The notes: generated from the letters alone by a model not told the origin. DNA of 64,000 nucleotides from Vulcanimicrobiota bacterium (GCA_963714015.1 OY970223.1:1856001-1920000), one strand, 5' to 3'. Numbered from the stretch's first letter, positions 48,795-60,346 are shown. Made by a program: numbers and translations.

Positions 48795-51005
48795 TACCTT
48801 ACGGCCGAGCGGTCGGCCCCGGGCTTGGCGTCGGCACGATAAACGGCGACGGGTTCGGGCGCAGGCGCCGGAAGAGGCTGCGGCGACGGTGAAGCGCTGG
48901 GCGAGGGCGATGCCTTTGGCAACGGCGATGGTGAGGGTGATGCCTTGGGCGTCGCTGCGGATCGAGGCGTTGGACTCGGCCTCGGTGATGCAGTGGCTTT
49001 GGGAGACGCGCTCGGCGTCGGCTTGACGCTCGGTTTCGGCGACGGCGTTGCTGCGGGCGCCGATTTTGTTTGAACGGCCTTCATCATTGCGGGCCGCGGC
49101 GAGGTCGACGGCGATGCCTTCGGCGAGGGCGATGGTAAGGGTGATGCCTTGGGCGTCGCTCGCGGCCGGGGCGACGGACTCGGCTTCGGCGATGCAGCCG
49201 CTTTGGGCAGCGCGGTAGGCGTCGGCTTGACGTTCGGTTTCGGCGACGGCACTGCTGCAGGCGCCGATTTTGTTTGAACGGCCTTCATCATTGCGGGCCG
49301 CGGCGAGGACGAGGGCGATGCCTTTGGCAAAGGCGATGGTGAGGGTGATGCCTTCGGCGTTGCTGATGGTCGGGGCGACGGGCTCGGCTTGACGCTCGGT
49401 TTCGGCGACGGCATTGCTGCCGGCGCCGATTTTGTTTGAACGGCCTGCCGCGTTACGTTGGGCACTGCGGCGTGCTTAACGAGCGCGGCATTCGTGGCGT
49501 CGGGCTTTGCAGCCGGTGAAGTCGAGGCTGCCGGTTTGGGAGTCGCGACGGTCGTCGGTTTCGGCATTGGTGCCGGAGTCGGAATCGGCTTGGCAGGCAG
49601 AGCCGCCTTAGCCGGCTGACCCGCTGCCGCCCGAGCTGCCCTATGCCGCGGAGGCTTCGTAGGCAGAACCATCGGCGGAATCGCTTCGTACCGCGCGCCG
49701 CAGGCGCCGGGGGCGATGGTGAGCAGATCCGCTGCATAGAGCAGCACGTTTTCCCGATCCACCGACACGGCCGTCTGAGCAGTGAGCACGTCGCTGCGAC
49801 GCGTGTGCACGTCCAGAAACTCGGCTTCGGGTTTCTCTCGAACGTATGCGTACGTCGACTGAGCATTCCGCAGATCTTGCTGCCGTGCAGTGACGTCGGC
49901 GCCGGCTTGGTTGAGCAGGGTTTCCGCGCTCTTGATATTGTCCAAGTCCGCATCGATCGACGCGGCCAGTTCGAGCTTGCGCTGCGTCTGGCGATAGCCC
50001 AATGCTTTTAGTTCCTCGAGATACTGCGCGCGCAGCGCGCGCTCTTCGTCGCGGCCGTGCGTGGGCAGCGCTACGCTGACCCCGACGTCGAGGCGATAGC
50101 CCGAAACTTGCGCGTTGATATCGGTTGTGGATCCGATTTCGGCGATCGTGCTGGCCGTGATGGACGAGCCTTTCACGCGGGCGAGTTCTTCGTTTACCTG
50201 AATGTCTTCCGCAGCGATTCCGGCCATTTGGGGATCGACCGCGTATGCCGATTGCAGCGCGCGGTCGCGATCGGGAGCGCAGCGATCGAAGAACGAGGGT
50301 ATGGCGGGCTGAAATTGTCCCATCTCGTAGCCGACCGCCGAACTGACGTTGGCGAGTTCGGACCGCTGGAGCGCCCGCAGACTAGCGACGTTGAACTGCA
50401 CTTTCTGCACGGACGAATTTATGTCCATGAGATCCGTGCCGGTGAAGAACCCGGTATGAAGCAGCGAACGGCCGGTCGTGATGTCGGACTGAGAGGCGCC
50501 GACGTACGCCTCGCCTACCCGGGCCTGATCGTCATAGCTCCAATACTCCGTGTAAGCCTTTCGAAGCGCCGCTATCTTCGCGCGCTGTAGCTGGTTGAGC
50601 TGAATGACGGCCAGCTGCTCCTGTTCGGCCGCGTCGATAATGGCCAGCTGCTGCTCGATCTTGGAGCCGAGAAGCGGCAGCGAAAGTCCGCCGCCCTGAT
50701 CGTACCGGAGCACGTGGTAGTCGAACGTCCGCGGAACGATGACGGCGGCCGGACCGAAGTCTGTCCGAATATTCGTAGGCAAGACCCGCCCTGTCTTCCG
50801 TTGCGCGGAGCGCCTGGGCCTTGGCTTCGATGGTGCTCTCATCGCCGCGCACGTCCGGCGCGTTCGCAATTTGCGCTTCCAGCGAATTGAGTGTGATGGT
50901 CGCCCGCTGCGCAAAAACGAGCTCCGGTGTCAGGAGCAACAGGCTCGAAAGCACGGCCAAAACTAGGGGCGCTCGAAGTAAACGTCGCCATAGCAGCATT
51001 GGCAC
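48791..51005 (-). CDS. TolC/outer-membrane efflux-like protein with long Pro/Ser/Ala/Lys-rich tail; frameshift near 50765
   Basis: Signal peptide, long coiled-coil helices, two GxSxxLP-type barrel strands; divergent from an HlyD-like gene. Confidence 0.7.
48870..49460 (-). repeat. Three degenerate coding repeats (AVQTKSAPAAxPSPKP...ATPKASPSPSP)
   Basis: GCCGATTTTGTTTGAACGGCCT recurs at ~49059, ~49263 and ~49425. Confidence 0.85.
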
Positions 51006-51129
51006 CGAACTTCTGCCGAGAGACGGTTGCCCCCTGGGGGAGGTTCGCGCGCGTACACCGAAGATATGAGGCGACGGCGCCGTATTTTACGGGCGGTCCT
51101 CCTTACATTCACTCGGTAGAGTCTGACAT

Positions 51130-52201
51130 ATGCGGCTACGTTCTTGGCGCGGCACCACGGTTGTAAGTCCCACACCGCGCCGCTCATTTCCATGGGTTCG
51201 GCTTCTGATTTTCGCGGCGGTGCTCGGCATCGCGGCTTATCTTATTATTCCGAACATCTACTACGTACGCGCGGACGCTCTCGTCCGGGGCGACTTGATA
51301 CCCGTGACGCCGGTCTACCGGGTCCGTGTCGACAAGCTGCTCGTTTCGTGCACGGATCGTGTCCACGCCGGCGAGCCGGTGGCGGTCATCAGCAACTTTT
51401 TGCTCCAGGCGGACTACACGCGGGAGTACCTGCAAGGGCTGCAGCAGTCGCAGATCGCCGGGATCGCGCTGGATCAGAACGTGGCGACGGCGCGTGAGAA
51501 CGCCGAGTCGCTCCATCAGCGCTACCTTCAGGCCGTTGCCGACGACCAGCGGCTGGAAGAGTCGTTCGGATCCTACGACAAGGCCTACAAAGCCGGCGCC
51601 ATTCCGCAGGTCGACTGGGCGGACAAGAAGGCCGAGATCGACGCATCCAAGGCCATGGTCCAAGCATCGCTTGACGCTTGGAAGCGGGCTCAACTGTTCG
51701 TCGCGCAAGTAACGGCTACGCAGACGACCAAGATCTCGTCCGACCAGGCACTCCTCCAGCAGGCGCAAACCGTTGCGAACCGCGTTGGGCAAGAGAAGTC
51801 TGTTCGCACCGGTAAGCGGTGACATCGTCGAGTGCATCGAGCGTCCGCAGAACGTCATTGAAGCGGGAACGCCGCTCTTCAGCATCTTCCAACCCGATCG
51901 CGCGTACATCGTTGCCTATTTTTCGCCGAACGCGGTCGCCAAGGTGCACATCGGACAGTCCGCCGACGTGAACATCGCCGGCCTCCCGAATAGCGTCAAG
52001 GGTCGCGTCGCCTGGATTTACCCCAACCTCGACGCGCTGCCGCCCGAGCTGACCCGGTTCTTCTGGCAGCACGTGCAGTTCTCGCAATACCGGCCGGTCA
52101 AGATCGCCCTCGACCGTCTGCCCGAATCGGACCGGAGCCAGCTCTACTACGACGCGCAGGCACGCGTGAGTATCAGCGTGTCCGGTCAGAAGCTGCAATG
52201 A
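51130..52201 (+). CDS. HlyD/membrane-fusion-like protein; frameshift near 51798
   Basis: N-terminal TM helix, lipoyl halves (DRVHAGEPV / FAPVSG), coiled-coil hairpin. Confidence 0.85.
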
Positions 52202-52830
52202 ACGGCGACAGCAATCAACGACTGCTCCAGGTTCTCGCGCTGGTTCCCAAGGATTCCCATCTGGATCCCCACTGGGAGCCGCGCGCGCCGGCCGGAGCCA
52301 CCTATGGGGACGCCGTTGCCGGCTTAGATCCGGACCAGGTCGCCCAGGACCTCGAGACCCTCGCTGACCGCGGCTATGCGGAACGGATATTCGTCGAACG
52401 CCTAATGATCTGTCCGTCCTGCTCGAGTCATGCGGTCAACGTTCACGAGTCGTGCGTCACTTGCAACTCGTCCAACCTCGAGTCGATCACGTCGTACTTC
52501 CATTTCCGCTGCGGTTTCATCGGACCGGAAAAGGCGTTTACGAAAGAACCCGCCGGCCTGCGCTGCCCCAAATGCAAGAAGTACCTGGTCGACGTGGGAA
52601 CCGATCACGATAGCCCTGGGGTCTTTTTCGAGTGCAAGAATTGCGCTGCGATGTTCCAGCAGCCGAATATGGGCGTGCGGTGCCTGGGATGCGGCGCGCG
52701 ATTCACCGGCCTGGCCCTGCAGGATCTCAAACACCGCGACGTCTACGCGTACCGGCTGCTGCTTCGCGGCCAAAATGCGCTCGCAAACGGAGCGCTGGAG
52801 ACCAGCGACCTGAATGCTCGATCTCTTTAA
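52198..52830 (+). CDS. TackOD1-like multi-zinc-ribbon protein
   Basis: CPSC, CVTC, HFRC, CPKC, CKNC, CLGC pattern with VGTDHD. Confidence 0.8.
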   Translation: MNGDSNQRLLQVLALVPKDSHLDPHWEPRAPAGATYGDAVAGLDPDQVAQDLETLADRGYAERIFVERLMICPSCSSHAVNVHESCVTCNSSNLESITSYFHFRCGFIGPEKAFTKEPAGLRCPKCKKYLVDVGTDHDSPGVFFECKNCAAMFQQPNMGVRCLGCGARFTGLALQDLKHRDVYAYRLLLRGQNALANGALETSDLNARSL

Positions 52831-54114
52831 TCGGTTACTGACAAGCCTCGACAACTTCTACATTTGGAACGCGTTCCTCGCCGTTCCGCACCTGCTGTAC
52901 AGCACGAGTCTGATCTTCTGGCTCGTCGTGTTCCTGGTTGTGCGCTTCGAAACTCCTAACTTCGCGTTGTACGTCGCCTACTTGGTGAATCGTAAGGCAT
53001 TCGAGCCGCCGCCCCTGCGGCGTTTCGCGAACAATCAGCCGCTGATCTCGTTTCTTATCGCCGGACGCAACCCGGGCGCGAGCATCATCTCGTGCATCGA
53101 ATCGATTCTGGCGAGCAACTACAAAAACATCGAGATCATCTTTGCCGACGACAAGTCCACCGACAATAGCGTCGAGCTGGCGCGCAAATTCGAGTCTTCC
53201 GGCAAAGTCCGCGTCGTCGCGAATGCCAACCACAGCGGAAAAGCCGCCGGGCTCAATCTGGCGCTGATGTTCGCTCGCGGAGAGTTCGTTTTCATCCTCG
53301 ACGCCGACAGCTGGTGTTTCCCGACACCGTCGACAATATGCTGCCGTATTTCGAGGACCCGAAGGTCGGCGGCGTCTCACCGAGCATTTTCTGCCGCAAT
53401 CCGTTCGATAGTTTCTGGACGCGGTGCCAGCAGATCGAATACGTCATGGCGTACGTCATGAACCAGCTCTGGCGCGACAAACTCGGAGTCATCGCCACCC
53501 TCTCCGGAATGGGGACGCTCTTCCGGATGGAGGCCATCAAGCACATCGGCGGCTGGGACATGGGATTGGGCGACGACACGGACAGTACGATCCGGTTGCG
53601 CAAAACGCATTGGACGCTGCACACTTCGCTGCGCGGGCATATCCTGACCGAATGTCCCAAGACGCTCAGCCATCTCTGGAGCCAGCGTTCGAGGTGGACC
53701 CGCAACATGGTCAAACAGCGGATGCGTAAGCACCGCGATTTGGGGACGTTCCGCTACGGGTTCAGGAACGGCCTGATGTTCTGGGACATGACGTTCAATC
53801 GCATCGTCCACCCGTATCTGCTGGTGGGGCTGCCGCTGCTCGCCTTCTTTCTGAAGACTCCCGACATTCCGGTCATAGCGGGCGGACTGTACGCCTTTAC
53901 GACCATCATTTTTACGCTCGAATTGCTGATGGCCCGCGATATGACGCGGCGCGATCCCTCGATGCAGAATTTTCTGCTGATGCCAATCTACGTTCTCTAT
54001 CGCATTCCGCTGCTGACCGTTCGGCTCGTTCAGATTACCCGCGAGCTGCTGATGATCAAGCCATGGCATCCCTACGTTCCACGCCGGGTGTGGGACGCGA
54101 TCCCGTTCCACTAG
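52814..54114 (+). CDS. Processive GT2 polysaccharide synthase; frameshift near 53313
   Basis: DDKSTD, GKAAGLN, DAD, GDD, QRSRW motifs with N- and C-terminal TM helices. Confidence 0.9.
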
Positions 54115-54151
54115 AGTAGTTTCAGGACTCGCCGGCCCCGGTCACCCCGCC

Positions 54152-55465
54152 CTAAGGCGAGGTGATCGAGAACAGCGCGTTGCCGTTGCTGCGAATGTTC
54201 AGGACGCCGTTTGGAGCATACGACCGGATATCCGTGGCGAACGCCTGGTACGTCGGTGACGTTGAAATCGAGTCGTACTGGAACGACTGATTGTTGTCTT
54301 CGTACCATGAGATTGCGTGAAGGTGCGGATACGGCGTGTTCGGCGAGGTCAGTACCGAGAACATCGCGTCGATCCACGCAGCCTTCATGGCACCGCCGTC
54401 GCCATATTCGTTTGAGGCGGTTTCCGTGACCATAATCGGCTTGTTTTCGGTAGCTTTGATCGCGTAGTTGTACGCGCCGCCCATCATGAACGTGAACGCG
54501 TACCACCTGCGTCCATTGTTGTAGCTGCCCATGTTGTAGCCGTCCAGCGCAACCCAGTCAACGTAGGAGTCGCCGGGGTATGCTGCCGGAGGCTCGTTCC
54601 ACGATTCGACCGGGCTCGTGCCGCTGTTGAAGCACCAGATGAACTTCACGTTCGAGGCGCCTACTTGACGGAAGATCGTGACGACATGCTGCCAAGCCGC
54701 GATAAAGTTGGCGTCTGCAACCGGCCCCGCGCCGTTCTGCGGTAGTCCCCATGCATACCGCGTCGTGTTGAACTCGTGGAAGAGCCGGATGAACACGGGC
54801 TGTCCGAACGCCTTCAGCGTCTGTGCGGAAGCGGTGATGTACGAGTCATAATCGCCGGCCGCGATCCCGGCAAGCGTAACCGTCGAATGAGCCGACTGTG
54901 CCTGCCACGTGATGTCGGGGATCGTATTTTGAGCCTCCATCGCCGCCAGCGCGTTCTGAGAGATGACGTTCGTCATTGCCTCGTCCCACGTCGAGTACAC
55001 CGTGCCGATCGCTATCCCGTGCCGCATGACGGAGGGAAAGTTTGTGCACGTAAGTGCAGCCCACAGGCCGCAATCGGCGCCAAGGAAAATGCCGGACGTG
55101 GAGTTACTTGGGTCCGGTAATATCGGCAAACCGTTGGGGTTGAATGTCGGCACCGGGCTAGGCGTGGGGCTCGGCGCATTCGTCGGCCAGGGTGTGCCGG
55201 TGGGCCAGGGTGTGCCGGTCGGCCAGGGGGTGCCGGTGGGCCGGGGGGTGCTCGTCGGCCACGGGCTGCCGGTGGGCCGCCAGTTCGGTGTAGAAGTCGG
55301 GGAGGGGCTCGGCGTGGTGCTCGGACGCGCCGATGGGAAACTTTGGCCAAGGCCGGCCGTCGATGCGCCTCCGGTGCTGGGGATACCGGCTCCGCCGCCG
55401 CCGCATGCGGTCAGAATCGTTGCGGCCAGGGCTAGGGTCAATACACTTCTCGTCTGTCTGCTCAC
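54152..55465 (-). CDS. GH26-like glycoside hydrolase lipoprotein with Pro/Thr linker
   Basis: LTAC lipobox; [31 protein letters not shown]. Confidence 0.88.
   Translation of the reverse strand: MSRQTRSVLTLALAATILTACGGGGAGIPSTGGASTAGLGQSFPSARPSTTPSPSPTSTPNWRPTGSPWPTSTPRPTGTPWPTGTPWPTGTPWPTNAPSPTPSPVPTFNPNGLPILPDPSNSTSGIFLGADCGLWAALTCTNFPSVMRHGIAIGTVYSTWDEAMTNVISQNALAAMEAQNTIPDITWQAQSAHSTVTLAGIAAGDYDSYITASAQTLKAFGQPVFIRLFHEFNTTRYAWGLPQNGAGPVADANFIAAWQHVVTIFRQVGASNVKFIWCFNSGTSPVESWNEPPAAYPGDSYVDWVALDGYNMGSYNNGRRWYAFTFMMGGAYNYAIKATENKPIMVTETASNEYGDGGAMKAAWIDAMFSVLTSPNTPYPHLHAISWYEDNNQSFQYDSISTSPTYQAFATDIRSYAPNGVLNIRSNGNALFSITSP
55182..55277 (-). repeat. 18-bp tandem coding repeat (PTGTPW, ~5 copies)
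   Basis: GT(C/G)GGCCAGGGTGTGCCG units on the + strand. Confidence 0.9.
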
Positions 55466-55600
55466 AAACGAGTAATCGGCGTCTTAATGTTTTTGGTGTA
55501 GTCGCTTTACAAATTCTTAAGGGTTGGTACTCCTCAATACCAAACGAGAAGCGCCCCGCGAATCCGCGAGGCGCTTGGAACGGTTGCCTAATCCCGCGGC

Positions 55601-56329
55601 TTAGACGCCGACGCAAACCTCGTATTTCGAACACTCTTGCTTGAAGATTTCCTTTGCCTTGGCGTAGAGCTCGACGTCTTGCGCTCGATACTTGTTGACC
55701 AGTCTGCGCACCTCGTCGCTTACTTCGAAGGCGCCGCCAACGCGCTTGGTTACGTTGGCAAAACGCGGCGGTCCAAGGTCGTGCCGGAACCGCGCCTTGA
55801 AGAGTTCCCAGCTCTTCTCGTATTCCTCGTAGAGGCCGACGAAGGCGAATTCTTCGATGGGAACGCTGCCCACGAACTGCGATTGGTGATCGTGGTAGAA
55901 CAGCCACTTGAAGTGTTCTTCGAGCGTGGGGCGCAGCTCTTGCCAGTAACGGACCTCAGCGTGAACCTCCTTGTTCGCATCGCTCTTGCGATCGGTCAGC
56001 GCGCTTTGCCAGCGCCAGTGCGAAATCGACTGCTGCGCCGGTTCGCGCACGAACGTGACGTATTCGGCTTGCGGGAAGAGACCCACGTACTTGTCTGCGC
56101 AAAAATGTCCGTGTATGACATCGTAATTCTCGAGCAGCTCTTCGCGCCGAGCGCGCATTGCAGCCATCCGCAGGTCGCGGCGGCGGTTGGCGAACGGCTC
56201 GTCGAAACCGACCCAGTCCCCGTAGTCGCGGAAGACGCGCTCGACGTCGTATGCATCCATCAAGGCCTCACGAAACGAATTTCCGGCGGTCTTGGGGATG
56301 TGGATTGAAAGTAACATAGGCTCGTTCAA
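55601..56329 (-). CDS. PAPS-dependent sulfotransferase (Sulfotransfer_2-like)
   Basis: HIPKTAGNS 5'-PSB loop, GHF, TFVREP...S 3'-PB motif, D..LY. Confidence 0.88.
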   Translation of the reverse strand: MNEPMLLSIHIPKTAGNSFREALMDAYDVERVFRDYGDWVGFDEPFANRRRDLRMAAMRARREELLENYDVIHGHFCADKYVGLFPQAEYVTFVREPAQQSISHWRWQSALTDRKSDANKEVHAEVRYWQELRPTLEEHFKWLFYHDHQSQFVGSVPIEEFAFVGLYEEYEKSWELFKARFRHDLGPPRFANVTKRVGGAFEVSDEVRRLVNKYRAQDVELYAKAKEIFKQECSKYEVCVGV

Positions 56330-56347
56330 TGCTCTCTTTCGGTGTGA

Positions 56348-57373
56348 TTATGGTACGGGCTGCGCCCCGGCATTCGTCGCTTCCGCGGCGCGGAGAGCGC
56401 CGGTCAAAGCTGTTCGGATGATTGCGTCGATCTCCAGGTAGCGCGGCTGCCACCCCAGCGTGCGATTTGCAAGCGATGCATCGGCAACGAGAACCGGCGG
56501 ATCGCCTTCGCGGCGAGGTCCGGCGCCGTGCGGGACCCGGCGGGCGGCGACGCGTTCGACGCTGCTCAAAAGTTCTTTGACGGACGTGCCGCGACCGGTT
56601 CCCAGATTGAGCGTGAGAACGCCGGCGTTGTTCTCGAGGTGCTTGAGCGCGAGCATGTGCGCTTCGGCCAAATCGTCGACGTGGATGTAGTCGCGAATGC
56701 AGGTTCCGTCGGGCGTGTTGAAGTCATCGCCGAAAATCGTAAACGGTTTTCCGCCCAATGCGGCGCGAATAGCCAGCGGAATAGCGTGGGTTTCGGGATC
56801 GTGCAGCTCGTAAAGATCGTGCGTCTCGCTGCTTCCGGCGGCGTTGAAGTAGCGCAGCAGCGCGAAACTCATTCCGTAGGCGGCGGCAAAGTCGCGCATC
56901 ACGTGCTCGATCATCAGTTTGGAACGGCCGTAAGGATTGATAGGCCGTTCGTCCATGGTTTCGTCGAGGTGCTTGCCCTCGGGCGGTATGCCGTACGTCG
57001 CGCACGTTGAAGAGAACACGACGCGCCGCACGCCGCTATCGCGAAGCGCGGTGAGCAGCCGGCACGTTTGAACCACGTTGTTTTCGTAATACAGACCCGG
57101 ATCGACGACCGATTCTCCGACTGCGGCGAACGCCGCAAAATGGACGACGCCGGTTACGTTGTGGCGGCGCACCGTATCGCGGATCGCTTCGACGTCTCCG
57201 ACGTCGGCGCGAACCAGTTTGCCGGTGGGAACGAACGTCCCGTTAGAACGGCTGAGGTTGTCCACGACGACGTACGGAACGCCGCGATCCTGAAGAAGGG
57301 CGGCGAAGTGCGACCCGATGTAGCCGGCCCCTCCCGTGACTAGGAGCGAGCCGCCCAGGTACGCGTTTTCCAT
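56348..57373 (-). CDS. galE: UDP-glucose 4-epimerase
   Basis: TGGAGYIGSH, YGRSK, LRYFNAAG, DGTCIRDYIHV. Confidence 0.96.
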   Translation of the reverse strand: MENAYLGGSLLVTGGAGYIGSHFAALLQDRGVPYVVVDNLSRSNGTFVPTGKLVRADVGDVEAIRDTVRRHNVTGVVHFAAFAAVGESVVDPGLYYENNVVQTCRLLTALRDSGVRRVVFSSTCATYGIPPEGKHLDETMDERPINPYGRSKLMIEHVMRDFAAAYGMSFALLRYFNAAGSSETHDLYELHDPETHAIPLAIRAALGGKPFTIFGDDFNTPDGTCIRDYIHVDDLAEAHMLALKHLENNAGVLTLNLGTGRGTSVKELLSSVERVAARRVPHGAGPRREGDPPVLVADASLANRTLGWQPRYLEIDAIIRTALTGALRAAEATNAGAQPVP

Positions 57374-57379
57374 GTTCGC

Positions 57380-59041
57380 TTAAGCCCCCGAGGAGAGCCC
57401 CGAAACGATCCGCGCGAGCACCTCGTGGGTTGCGGCGTCCATTCCAAAGAACTCCAAATGATACTGGTACCAGCCGTTGTCGGCGATGCGGTGGTCTACC
57501 ACCCGCGCCTGGAGCACGACTTCGTCCGTGACGCTCGCTCCATGCACGTGCGGAGCCTTGAACCGGACTTCAACACGCGAGCCGATGGGCAGCATGTCAT
57601 CGGCGGCCATGAGCAATCCGCCGGCCGAGATGTTTTTCATACGAGCGGAGCGGCGCGCCGAGATCGACGTCTGATACGTCATGGCCAAGTCGGTGCCGAT
57701 GCGCACGCTGGAGCGCGCGTCGGTTTCGGCGGAATCCCATGAAACCGAACTAATGAGCAGCGCACCGCTAGTGCGGTGGCTCGAGGGATCGACGACGATC
57801 ATCGAACCCGCGGTACGGTTCGTCTGGTAAAGGTCGACCGGAAGCGCTTCCTGCGTTTCGAAGGTGACGTAACCGATCTCGTTTACTTCGAGCGCGTGCG
57901 CAGCAGTGCGGTCGAGCGTGTGAATGTCCAGGCAGCTCTCGATGCTGACGATGCGTCCTTGAATCCAGCGCGAGCCGTGACGGATCCAGTACTTGCGGCC
58001 AATCTGCGCGGGTTCGGTGTCCATCCACGCAAGTGCAGCGGAGAAACGCTGCGTGCTGCGTACAGTGTGCGGCGTCGATATCCAGTTTCCGCGCGCCACG
58101 TCCACGTGGCGATCGAGGACGAGTCCGGCCGATTCGCCCGCTTGAACGATTTCCACGCGGTCGCCGGCGCGCCGCACTTCGACTACCGTTGCAGATTCGT
58201 TGCTCGGGAATATCTGCACGCTATCGCCGCGCTGCACGCTGCCGCCGCAGACCCGTCCCCACACGACGCGGGTATGGTTGCTGCCCGTAGCGGGATCGCG
58301 CGAGACGTATTGCACCGGCATGAGGAAATTGCCGTCTTTGGTGCCGTCCTCTTCGACCGGAAGACATTCGAGCAATTCGAGAAGCGTCGGCCCGGTATAC
58401 CAGTCCAATCCGCCGCGCGTCGTTACGTTGTCGCCGTTCAGCGCGGAGATCGGCACGATTGCCCGCACCGGAATTCCGGCGGCGCCGCTGAGCTGCAGCA
58501 GCGCTTCGCAGACGGCCTCAAAGCCTTCACGCTGGTTGGGAATAGCGTCGATCTTATTGACGGCGAACACGATGCTCGGGATGCGCAAGAGGTGCGCGAG
58601 AAGCGTATGGCGGCGCGTTTGAGCGAGCAGCGTAACGGGACGTTTGCTCACATCGAGTTTCGTGATGTCGACCAGCACCACGGCCGCGTCGCTTCCGGTG
58701 GCCGCCGTAACCATGTTCCGCGTGTACTGTTCGTGCCCCGGCGCGTCCGCGATGATGAACTTGCGCTGGCGCGTCGAAAAATAACGGTACGCGACGTCGA
58801 TGGTGATGCCTTGCTCGCGCTCGGCCTCCAATCCGTCGGTCAGCAGCGCGAGATCGATCTCCTGACCGTTACTGCTCAAACGGCCAAGCTGATCCGCTAG
58901 AATCGCTTGACATTCGTACAACAATCGGCCCGTGAGAGTGCTCTTCCCGTCGTCCACGCTCCCGGCCATCAGAAACCGCAACGCGCGGTCTTCGCCCGGA
59001 CGGTTGTTGCCGGCGGGGACAGCGTTCATCATAACCACCAT
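57380..59041 (-). CDS. cysN: Sulfate adenylyltransferase large subunit fused to a C-terminal PilZ domain
   Basis: GSVDDGKST, EREQGITID, DAPGHEQY, NKID; last ~110 aa carry RSSVR...NISAGG. Confidence 0.93.
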   Translation of the reverse strand: MVVMMNAVPAGNNRPGEDRALRFLMAGSVDDGKSTLTGRLLYECQAILADQLGRLSSNGQEIDLALLTDGLEAEREQGITIDVAYRYFSTRQRKFIIADAPGHEQYTRNMVTAATGSDAAVVLVDITKLDVSKRPVTLLAQTRRHTLLAHLLRIPSIVFAVNKIDAIPNQREGFEAVCEALLQLSGAAGIPVRAIVPISALNGDNVTTRGGLDWYTGPTLLELLECLPVEEDGTKDGNFLMPVQYVSRDPATGSNHTRVVWGRVCGGSVQRGDSVQIFPSNESATVVEVRRAGDRVEIVQAGESAGLVLDRHVDVARGNWISTPHTVRSTQRFSAALAWMDTEPAQIGRKYWIRHGSRWIQGRIVSIESCLDIHTLDRTAAHALEVNEIGYVTFETQEALPVDLYQTNRTAGSMIVVDPSSHRTSGALLISSVSWDSAETDARSSVRIGTDLAMTYQTSISARRSARMKNISAGGLLMAADDMLPIGSRVEVRFKAPHVHGASVTDEVVLQARVVDHRIADNGWYQYHLEFFGMDAATHEVLARIVSGLSSGA

Positions 59042-59044
59042 TGA

Positions 59045-60003
59045 TTAGAAATAGCCTTCGAGTTTGCGCCGCTCCATTGAAGCTTCGGAGGTGCTGTCGT
59101 CCATACGCGTAGCGCCGCGTTCGCTGACAGTCACCGAAACGGTCTCGGCGATGATTTCCTGCGGAGTCGAAGCGAAGCTCTCGACACGGGACAGGTGCAC
59201 GTCATGTCACCAACGGTGCGGAATCTCACGGAGACGCTTTCAGGCCGTTCGAGCGGCTGAAGCGGTGTAATATCCGTGATCGGCACGAGAAGATCGCGCC
59301 GGCGCACGACCGGACGCATGTGCGAGTAGTAGAGAGAGGGCAGCGCAATTTCTTCGCGGGCGATATAGAGCCACACGTCCAACTCGGTCCAGTTCGAGAT
59401 CGGGAACGCGCGCATATGTTCGCCCGGGCGAACGCGCGTGTTGAAGAGCGTCCACAACTCGGGGCGCTGCTCTTTGGGCCGCCATTGTCCGAAACGATCG
59501 CGATGCGAGAAGATGCGCTCTTTTGCGCGAGCCTTTTCTTCGTCGCGGCGCGCGCCGCCGATCAGCACGTCGAAGCGATGCTCCTCGATCGTTTCGAGCA
59601 GCGTCACTGACTGATGGCTGTTGCGGCTTTCGAGCGGATGCGAAAGGCGAACCGTTCCGCGCTCGATGGAATCCTGAAGGCTGCCCACGATGAGGCGTTC
59701 TCCGGTTTCCGCGACGCACCAGTCGCGGAATTCGATTACTTCCGGGAAATTATGACCCGTGTCAATGTGCACGAGCGGGAACGGCAGCGTTCCGCGATAG
59801 GTACCGTCGGCATCGCGGTGCTTGAACGCCTTTTCCGCAAGGCGAAGCACGACGCATGAATCTTTGCCGCCGGAGAACAACAGTGCGGGCCGTTCGAAAG
59901 CACCCGCGACTTCGCGCAGGATGAAAATCGCCTCTTCCTCGAGCCAATCGAGATGGCGAACGTTAAGCGGCGAAGTCTGCTCAACAGTAAGAGCTGCGTC
60001 CAT
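59045..60003 (-). CDS. cysD: Sulfate adenylyltransferase small subunit; frameshift near 59180
   Basis: FSGGKDS, HIDTGHNF, GGARRDEEKARAKER; other frame ends SERGATRMDD...MERRKLEGYF. Confidence 0.96.
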
Positions 60004-60218
60004 CGTAAATTGTCGCGTCCTAACGAATGAAAGGAGATGCGGTCATCTGCGCCTTTTCCGGCATACACTCCTGCCCGATGCCCTCGTTACAAGTAGTCCA
60101 TTCGGCACGTTCGCTGTTTAGACTTTACGCTCCTAATATTAGGCGTTTGCACCGTTGCGTCGGCATATATGGCTTTTACATCTTCGGCATTGCCTGCGCA
60201 ACAGATTAGAATCGCCGC

Positions 60219-60255
60219 TATCTCGGCTTTCCTTATATCTCGGCTTTCCTTATAT
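60219..60255. repeat. Perfect 17-bp tandem duplication in the divergent promoter region
   Basis: TATCTCGGCTTTCCTTA x2. Confidence 0.9.
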
Positions 60256-60346
60256 ATGGGAATAGCTCCCAATCTCGTCATGAAGTCAAGACCGTGCAAC
60301 GGCAATAGTGAAAAAATACTAGTGACAAGCTAGGCTTTACGCTTGA

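Noticed and set aside
48870..55277. CRISPR-like interpretation of the repeats
   Set aside because: They are in-frame coding repeats without unique spacers, and no cas genes are present
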